In this document: one piece after another, positions 58,578 to 64,000 of the stretch
Layout: every line of letters starts with the position of its first letter
How positions within the stretch are numbered: the stretch's first letter is position 1
Translations under genes and position numbers: made by a program
The notes under the pieces: model-generated
What the model was told of the DNA's origin: nothing
Databases searched by the model: none
What the model saw: the letters and a program-made list of their open reading frames with translations, nothing else
Assembly: GCA_963790475.1 (NCBI GenBank)
Contig: CAWBOS010000012.1
Coordinates: forward strand, 992,001 to 1,056,000
Length of the DNA: 64,000 nt
DNA from: an uncultured delta proteobacterium
Lineage (GTDB): Bacteria; Desulfobacterota; RBG-13-43-22
Direction of reading: 5' to 3'

Positions 58578-59828
58578 ATGTCTTTCAAAGATGACCCAAT
58601 CGGCAGCCTTCTCCCCCAGCCACTCAAAACCCCTGAGCCCGACAATCGGCTCCGGATCCTCTTGTCGGCAGAAGAAATCATCTCTGAAAAAGGCTTTAAC
58701 GAGGTGACCATTTCGGAGATAGCCCGCAAGGCCGGCGTAAAAGACTCAATCATCTATCGTTATTTTAAGGGTAAAGAGGATTTACTTTTTTCGATCCCGG
58801 AAGAGAGGTTGAAGATAGGCCTTTCCCTATTAGACCGGGATCTCCAGGGAATCATCGATCCTAAAAGTAAGCTGAGAAAACTGATATGGGCCTATCTGTG
58901 TTACCACAACGTCTATTCGGCCTATGCCCGAATTCTCCTTTTTGAATGTCTTTCTTCCACGGGATTCTATTCCACCCCGGCCTATCAACTGGTTTTGCAA
59001 TATGCCAACCGTATCTCCAGCGTCCTGGAACAGGGGGTGCAAGAAGGAAAATTCCGCAATGATGCCTCCCTGACCGCCATGGGAGAAATCATCCATGGGA
59101 CTCTGGATATGAACTCCATCAGTTTTCTGGTGTTAGGGGAAACGGCCAACCCCCTTTCCGATTTTGAGGACACGGCCGCACTGGTTGAACGCATGATTGC
59201 TCCCCGACAGGAAAAACCCACATCCAATTCGGGAAAAATATCCAGTATTTTGGATGCCGCAGAAAAGGTTTTTGCTCAAAAGGGATTTAATAAAGCGAGG
59301 ATGACGGAAATTGCCAAACAGGCGGGTGTGGCCGACGGAACGGTGTACGAATATTTTAAAAACAAGGACGATCTGTTTTTCTCCATACCGAAGAGACGGT
59401 TCGAACAATACCTGGGTGACATGACAGAGATCTTTGGCAAAAGTTCTCCGGTTCGAAAACTGAAAGAGATCATCCACTATCACTTCTCAACCTGTCTGGC
59501 CGATCGGCATTTCACAAAAATTTTTGTTTTTAATCTCATTTTTAATAAGAACTATTACCAATCGAAGGTTTTTGATTCCTTCCGAAACTTTTATGGACAA
59601 GTAGAAAAGGTCATCGAAGAGGGTAAGACCGAAGGATCCTTTAACTCCGAAGTGAATCCGAGGGTATTTCGAAATATGTTTCTGGGTACCTTCTACTATC
59701 TGATGCTGCGCTGGCTTGGGGGACCCGCGATGACCAAAGCGGGTGTGACCAAGGAGATCAATCAGGTCATTGATCTGCTGTTGGACGCTGTTATAACAGA
59801 CAAACCGAGAGGAGGATCGGTTGAATAA
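58578..59828 (+). CDS. TetR/AcrR family regulator with two tandem TetR units
   Basis: IARKAGVKDSIIYRYFKGKEDL and IAKQAGVADGTVYEYFKNKDDL. Confidence 0.92.
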   Translation: MSFKDDPIGSLLPQPLKTPEPDNRLRILLSAEEIISEKGFNEVTISEIARKAGVKDSIIYRYFKGKEDLLFSIPEERLKIGLSLLDRDLQGIIDPKSKLRKLIWAYLCYHNVYSAYARILLFECLSSTGFYSTPAYQLVLQYANRISSVLEQGVQEGKFRNDASLTAMGEIIHGTLDMNSISFLVLGETANPLSDFEDTAALVERMIAPRQEKPTSNSGKISSILDAAEKVFAQKGFNKARMTEIAKQAGVADGTVYEYFKNKDDLFFSIPKRRFEQYLGDMTEIFGKSSPVRKLKEIIHYHFSTCLADRHFTKIFVFNLIFNKNYYQSKVFDSFRNFYGQVEKVIEEGKTEGSFNSEVNPRVFRNMFLGTFYYLMLRWLGGPAMTKAGVTKEINQVIDLLLDAVITDKPRGGSVE

Positions 59829-59899
59829 ATCTAAATGGATCCCTTTGCTCAAATTTAAAAAAAACAATATTTAGAAATCTACCAGGCGGGAGGGCCAAT

Positions 59900-61486
59900 A
59901 TGGCGGAGGAATCTCAATTGAAATACGTCTATGATCTCATTGCCCATCAAGGGAAGACCCTGGGCGATAAACCTTATATTTTACATGAGGACCGGAAGGT
60001 CAGTTTTGCCGAATATGATCGGGCTACCTGCCGGGCGGCCAACGGGTTGAAGGCCCAGGGAGCCCAAGCCGGTGACGGGATGGCCATTCTCATGGGGAAT
60101 TGCCCGGAATATCTTTTTCTGTTTTACGGTCTTCCCCGGGCCGGGTTTTATTCCGTGCCCGTAAATGCGGCCCTCAAAGGGGAGGGACTGGCTTATATCT
60201 TAGAAAATTCGGACGTGAAATACCTGGTTGTGGATGATGTCCTTTATCCCAAGATCATCGAAATCGGACGTCCTTTGAAGTCCCTCAAAAAGATCTTTGT
60301 CCGTCGAACGACCGATGCCCCCCTGCCACCCGGGACCATAGATCTGACTGACCTTTTAGCGGCCTCGGATGAAAGACCGAATCATGTGATCGAGCCCACG
60401 GCCATTACCCATCTCATGTACACTTCGGGGACCACGGGGTTCCCCAAAGGCGTGGTGAACCGGACCGGACCGGGCGGCATCGACAGGATGATTGCCTTGG
60501 CCAAGGTTTTAACTGTGCCGACAGATATCCTTTATACCGCCTTACCCCTTTTTCACGCCAACGCCCTAAGCCTGACTGCCGGTTTTTCCATGGGTGCGGG
60601 TTTGCCTTTTGGATTGGACAAGAAATTCACCGCCTCCGGCTTTTGGGACAGAATCCGGTTTTACGGGGCCACCCAGTTCAATGGTCTGGGGGCCATGATT
60701 CCCATCCTGATGAAGCAACCGGAAAGACCTGATGATGCCGACAACCCGGTCCGCCTGGTGATCTCAGCCGCCTGCCCGGCCAACCTCTGGGAAGCTTTTG
60801 AGAAAAGGTTCAACCTGAAAATATGGGAAGCCTACGGGGCGGTTGACGGTGGAGGACTGCTGATTTTTAATTTCGGCAACGCACCGGTAGGGTCTGTAGG
60901 AAAAGTAATGGGCGAAACCGACTGGAAACTGATCGATGATGAGGGAAATGAGGTCCCCCAGGGTGAGATCGGCGAACTGGTCACCCGATCACGTATTCCA
61001 ACGAACAGAGTGGTCGAGTATTATAAAAACCCGGAAGCTTCACAGAAAAAAGTTAAAGAGGGATGGGTCTATTCCGGCGATTATTTTTATGCCGATAAAG
61101 ACGGGAACCTGTTTTTTACCGATCGGAAGAGTGATTCCATGCGCCGCCGGGGTGAGAATATTTCCTCTTTTGAAGTGGAAAGCATTATTGAAAAATACCC
61201 GGATGTTGAAGTCTGCGCCGCCTTCGGTGTCCCTTCGGAGCTGGGAGAAGACGAGGTGATGATCTGGGTGGTACCCAAGCCGGGGGCCAAGCTCGACCTC
61301 AAGGATCTCATCCGCCACTGCGCCGAGAATATGGCCTATTTCATGGTGCCGAGATACATCGATATCGTAAACGAGATTCCAAGAACGGAGACCTTGAGGA
61401 TCATTAAGACCCAGATGAAAAAACAGGGTGTTACCGAAAAGACCTGGGACCGGGAAAAAGAGATGCCGGATTTGAAGCTGAAATAA
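59900..61486 (+). CDS. AMP-binding acyl-CoA ligase (CaiC-like)
   Basis: YTSGTTGFPKG, LPLFHANA, EAYG, RRRGENISSFEVE. Confidence 0.93.
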   Translation: MAEESQLKYVYDLIAHQGKTLGDKPYILHEDRKVSFAEYDRATCRAANGLKAQGAQAGDGMAILMGNCPEYLFLFYGLPRAGFYSVPVNAALKGEGLAYILENSDVKYLVVDDVLYPKIIEIGRPLKSLKKIFVRRTTDAPLPPGTIDLTDLLAASDERPNHVIEPTAITHLMYTSGTTGFPKGVVNRTGPGGIDRMIALAKVLTVPTDILYTALPLFHANALSLTAGFSMGAGLPFGLDKKFTASGFWDRIRFYGATQFNGLGAMIPILMKQPERPDDADNPVRLVISAACPANLWEAFEKRFNLKIWEAYGAVDGGGLLIFNFGNAPVGSVGKVMGETDWKLIDDEGNEVPQGEIGELVTRSRIPTNRVVEYYKNPEASQKKVKEGWVYSGDYFYADKDGNLFFTDRKSDSMRRRGENISSFEVESIIEKYPDVEVCAAFGVPSELGEDEVMIWVVPKPGAKLDLKDLIRHCAENMAYFMVPRYIDIVNEIPRTETLRIIKTQMKKQGVTEKTWDREKEMPDLKLK

Positions 61487-61504
61487 GAACAGTCGTCTTT
61501 TCCT

Positions 61505-61579
61505 GTCATTCCGGCGAAAGCCGGAATCCAGTTTTCCTGATACTAATGATCCTCTGGACCCCGGTTTCACCGGGGTGGC
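61505..61579. repeat. REP-like palindromic element
   Basis: gtcattccggcgaaagccggaatccag...ctggacccggtttcaccggggtggc. Confidence 0.8.
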
Positions 61580-61629
61580 GTTTACGGACAATCTTTTGTT
61601 AATTTCTTAAATCTAAAGGAGGTTAAATT

Positions 61630-62865
61630 ATGAGTTATCTTGAATTGGATCTTACGTTGAGTGATGAAGCCAAGGCTATGCAGGAAACTGTTCGGAAATT
61701 CGGTATGGAGGTTATGCGGCCGGCAGGCATTGCTTTAGACAAATTACCTGATCCGGCCGAGGTGATTGCCAAAGGATCACCGCTTTGGGATGTGATTCGG
61801 ACCTATCGTGAACTGGGGATCCATAAGAGGGGTATTCCCAAGGCCTTTGGCGGGATGGCCGAAGATATGGACCCGAAAGCCGGGGCCTTGATGGCCCAGG
61901 AAATGGGTTACGCCGATGCCGGGTTGTCCATTAGTCTGGGGGTCGGTGGTTTTCCCATAACCTTTGCCATGATGTCTCCGGAACCGGAATTACAGCAGTT
62001 GGTTCGGGATTATTGTGAGGACACCAAAGGTGAAATCATCGGCTGCTGGGCGATTACCGAACCCGATCATGGATCGGACTGGATTTTAGGGATCCACCCT
62101 AAATTTGCCGATCCCAAGTGCGGCCCCAGTGTCAAGGCGGTCCTGAAAGGTGACGAGTATATCCTCACCGGTCAAAAATCAGCCTGGGTCAGTAACGGCA
62201 CCATCGCCACCCATGCCGCCCTCCATGTCTGTCTGGACCCGTCCAAAGGCATGCAAGGCACCGGGCTGGCCGTAGTTCCCCTCAATCTGCCGGGTATCAC
62301 CAGAGGTAAGCCTCTGGACAAGATCGGCCAGCGGGCTCTGAACCAGGGAGAGATTTTCTTTGAGGAAGTGAAATTGCCCAAGAAATATATGGTTATATCC
62401 GATGGGGCCATGATGTCGGCTATAACCAAGATGATTCTGGTCAGCGCCAACAGCGGCATGGGGTTAAGCTTTGTCGGCCTGGCCCAGGCGGCTTATGACG
62501 AGGCCTTACGATATGCCAAGGAGAGGGTCCAGGGCGGGGTGCCCATTTTTGAGCACAAGAACATCAAGCTGCAACTGTTCAATATGTTTATCAAGGTGGA
62601 GGCGGCCAGGGCCTATGCCCGCCGTATGGGTCTTTATAATGTGGCCATGGCTCCCAACGGATCCGCTCCCCATGCTATTGCCTCCAAGATTTTATCTACC
62701 AATACCGCTTTTGAGGTAGCCAACGAGGCCGTTACTATCTTCGGCGGTGTAGGACTGACCAAGGAATATCTGATTGAAAAATTGTTCCGGGATGCCCGGG
62801 CGGCCATGATCGAGGACGGGGAAAACAACGCCCTGGCCTTGAGCGGTGCGGAGGATTTAATTTAA
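61630..62865 (+). CDS. Acyl-CoA dehydrogenase
   Basis: AITEPDHGSD, GQKSAWVSNG, KIGQR, FGGVG, RDARAAMIEDG. Confidence 0.95.
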   Translation: MSYLELDLTLSDEAKAMQETVRKFGMEVMRPAGIALDKLPDPAEVIAKGSPLWDVIRTYRELGIHKRGIPKAFGGMAEDMDPKAGALMAQEMGYADAGLSISLGVGGFPITFAMMSPEPELQQLVRDYCEDTKGEIIGCWAITEPDHGSDWILGIHPKFADPKCGPSVKAVLKGDEYILTGQKSAWVSNGTIATHAALHVCLDPSKGMQGTGLAVVPLNLPGITRGKPLDKIGQRALNQGEIFFEEVKLPKKYMVISDGAMMSAITKMILVSANSGMGLSFVGLAQAAYDEALRYAKERVQGGVPIFEHKNIKLQLFNMFIKVEAARAYARRMGLYNVAMAPNGSAPHAIASKILSTNTAFEVANEAVTIFGGVGLTKEYLIEKLFRDARAAMIEDGENNALALSGAEDLI

Positions 62866-62880
62866 AATCAAAAAAAACCC

Positions 62881-62946
62881 AATAGGTCAGCCGTCCCGGC
62901 TGACTCTTTAATAATGTTATACAGTCAGGCAGGATGCCTGACCTAT
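62881..62946. repeat. Intergenic inverted repeat with nested hairpins
   Basis: aataggtcagcc...ggctgact / agtcaggc...gcctgacctatt. Confidence 0.6.
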
Positions 62947-63005
62947 TTTAGGGAACTTTTTTCTTTTTTAAGAGGACTGTTTCATTTAGGCAAAGGAGCA
63001 AAAAA

Positions 63006-64000
63006 ATGAGCGAGAATGTTTATATCATCGGTGTGGGGATGATCAAATTCGGCAAGTATCTGGAAAAGGGGATCAAGGTATTGACCGGCGAGGCCCTGGA
63101 ACTGGTGCTCAAGGATTGCGATCTGACCCGGGCGGACATCGAGGCGGCCTGGTTTTCCAACACCGGTTGGGGGATGTATACCTTTCAACATTCCATACGG
63201 GGACAGGTGGCCCTGACGGCCAATGGGCTGGAAAAGATTCCTTTTACAAACGTCGAGAACGCCTGTGCCAGTGCCAGCACCGCCCTTCATGGGGCCTGGA
63301 CGGCCATCAAGGCCGGATTATACGATTGTGCCTTGGCCATTGGTGCGGAAAAGCTTTACGATGAGGATCGGGTGAAGGTTATGAAAGGCTTTATGGCCGG
63401 CACCGACGTGGAGGAGACCTTGGCCCGAATGGCCAAATGGCAGGAAGAAGAGCGGAAGCGCAAGGAAGAGGAAGCCGCCGTGAAAAAAGTGGAGGCCCCC
63501 CCAGAAAAACCGGGTGGTCATTCCGTGTTCATGGATTTTTATGCCGCCGGAGCCCGCAATCACATGAAAAAGTATGGTTCGACCCAGCGGCAGTTGGCCG
63601 TGATCGCCGCCAAGGCGCACAACAATTCGGTCCTGAATCCTTTGGCCCAATACACTTTTCCCATGACCGTGGAACAGGTTTTGGAAGACCGGCCGGTTTC
63701 TTTTCCTTTAACCAGGGCCATGTGCGCGCCTATCGGTGACGGGGCCGCGGCGGCCATCATCTGCAGTGAGGCTTTTTTGAAAAAACACCCCTCAAGCCGG
63801 GCCGTTAAAATCAGGGCTTCGGTTCTCCAGGGTGGAACCCGAACCGGCGGAAACGATATTTCCCAAAGGGCCTCCAAGAAAGCCTATGCTGTAGCCGGAT
63901 TGGGTCCTGAGGATGTGGATGTAATCGAGGTTCATGATGCCACGGCCTTTGGCGAAATCGGCCAGATGGAGGCCCTGGGCTTCTGTCCGGAGGGAGAAGG
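63006..64000 (+). CDS. Thiolase family protein (SCP-x type); runs off the window end
   Basis: MSENVYIIGVGMIKFGK, VENACASAS, NPLAQY, DGAAA, EVHDA; absent from the ORF track because there is no stop in the window. Confidence 0.9.
   Translation, partial: MSENVYIIGVGMIKFGKYLEKGIKVLTGEALELVLKDCDLTRADIEAAWFSNTGWGMYTFQHSIRGQVALTANGLEKIPFTNVENACASASTALHGAWTAIKAGLYDCALAIGAEKLYDEDRVKVMKGFMAGTDVEETLARMAKWQEEERKRKEEEAAVKKVEAPPEKPGGHSVFMDFYAAGARNHMKKYGSTQRQLAVIAAKAHNNSVLNPLAQYTFPMTVEQVLEDRPVSFPLTRAMCAPIGDGAAAAIICSEAFLKKHPSSRAVKIRASVLQGGTRTGGNDISQRASKKAYAVAGLGPEDVDVIEVHDATAFGEIGQMEALGFCPEGE

Overview
Window from an anaerobic bacterium whose gene content resembles Desulfobacterota/Deltaproteobacteria (inference). 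It is mostly catabolic and redox genes: SDR, two W/Mo aldehyde:ferredoxin oxidoreductases, a ThDP enzyme, iorAB, CoA ligases/transferase/hydratases, acyl-CoA dehydrogenase, thiolase, lutABC, a GH38 hydrolase, a sigma54-driven PEP-CTERM gene and a DRTGG/kinase/Fe-S module. I found no rRNA, tRNA, CRISPR, integrase or transposase. The best finding is missed by the ORF track: 26372-27064 reads as one 230-aa MerB (organomercurial lyase)-like protein. Both catalytic-Cys-equivalent positions are in-frame UGA codons, each followed by a SECIS-like hairpin, so it is a predicted double selenoprotein, and it sits behind a MerR-style promoter with a 19-bp spacer. The surrounding AT-rich region (about 18-28 kb) also holds four copies of an unannotated ~80-nt structured RNA element, two codon-conserved 'MKWx(Y/F)QK' mini-ORF/terminator leaders, and several duplicated intergenic modules and direct-repeat scars that suggest repeated gene insertion without a visible mobile element. 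Three +1 frameshifts may be sequencing errors.
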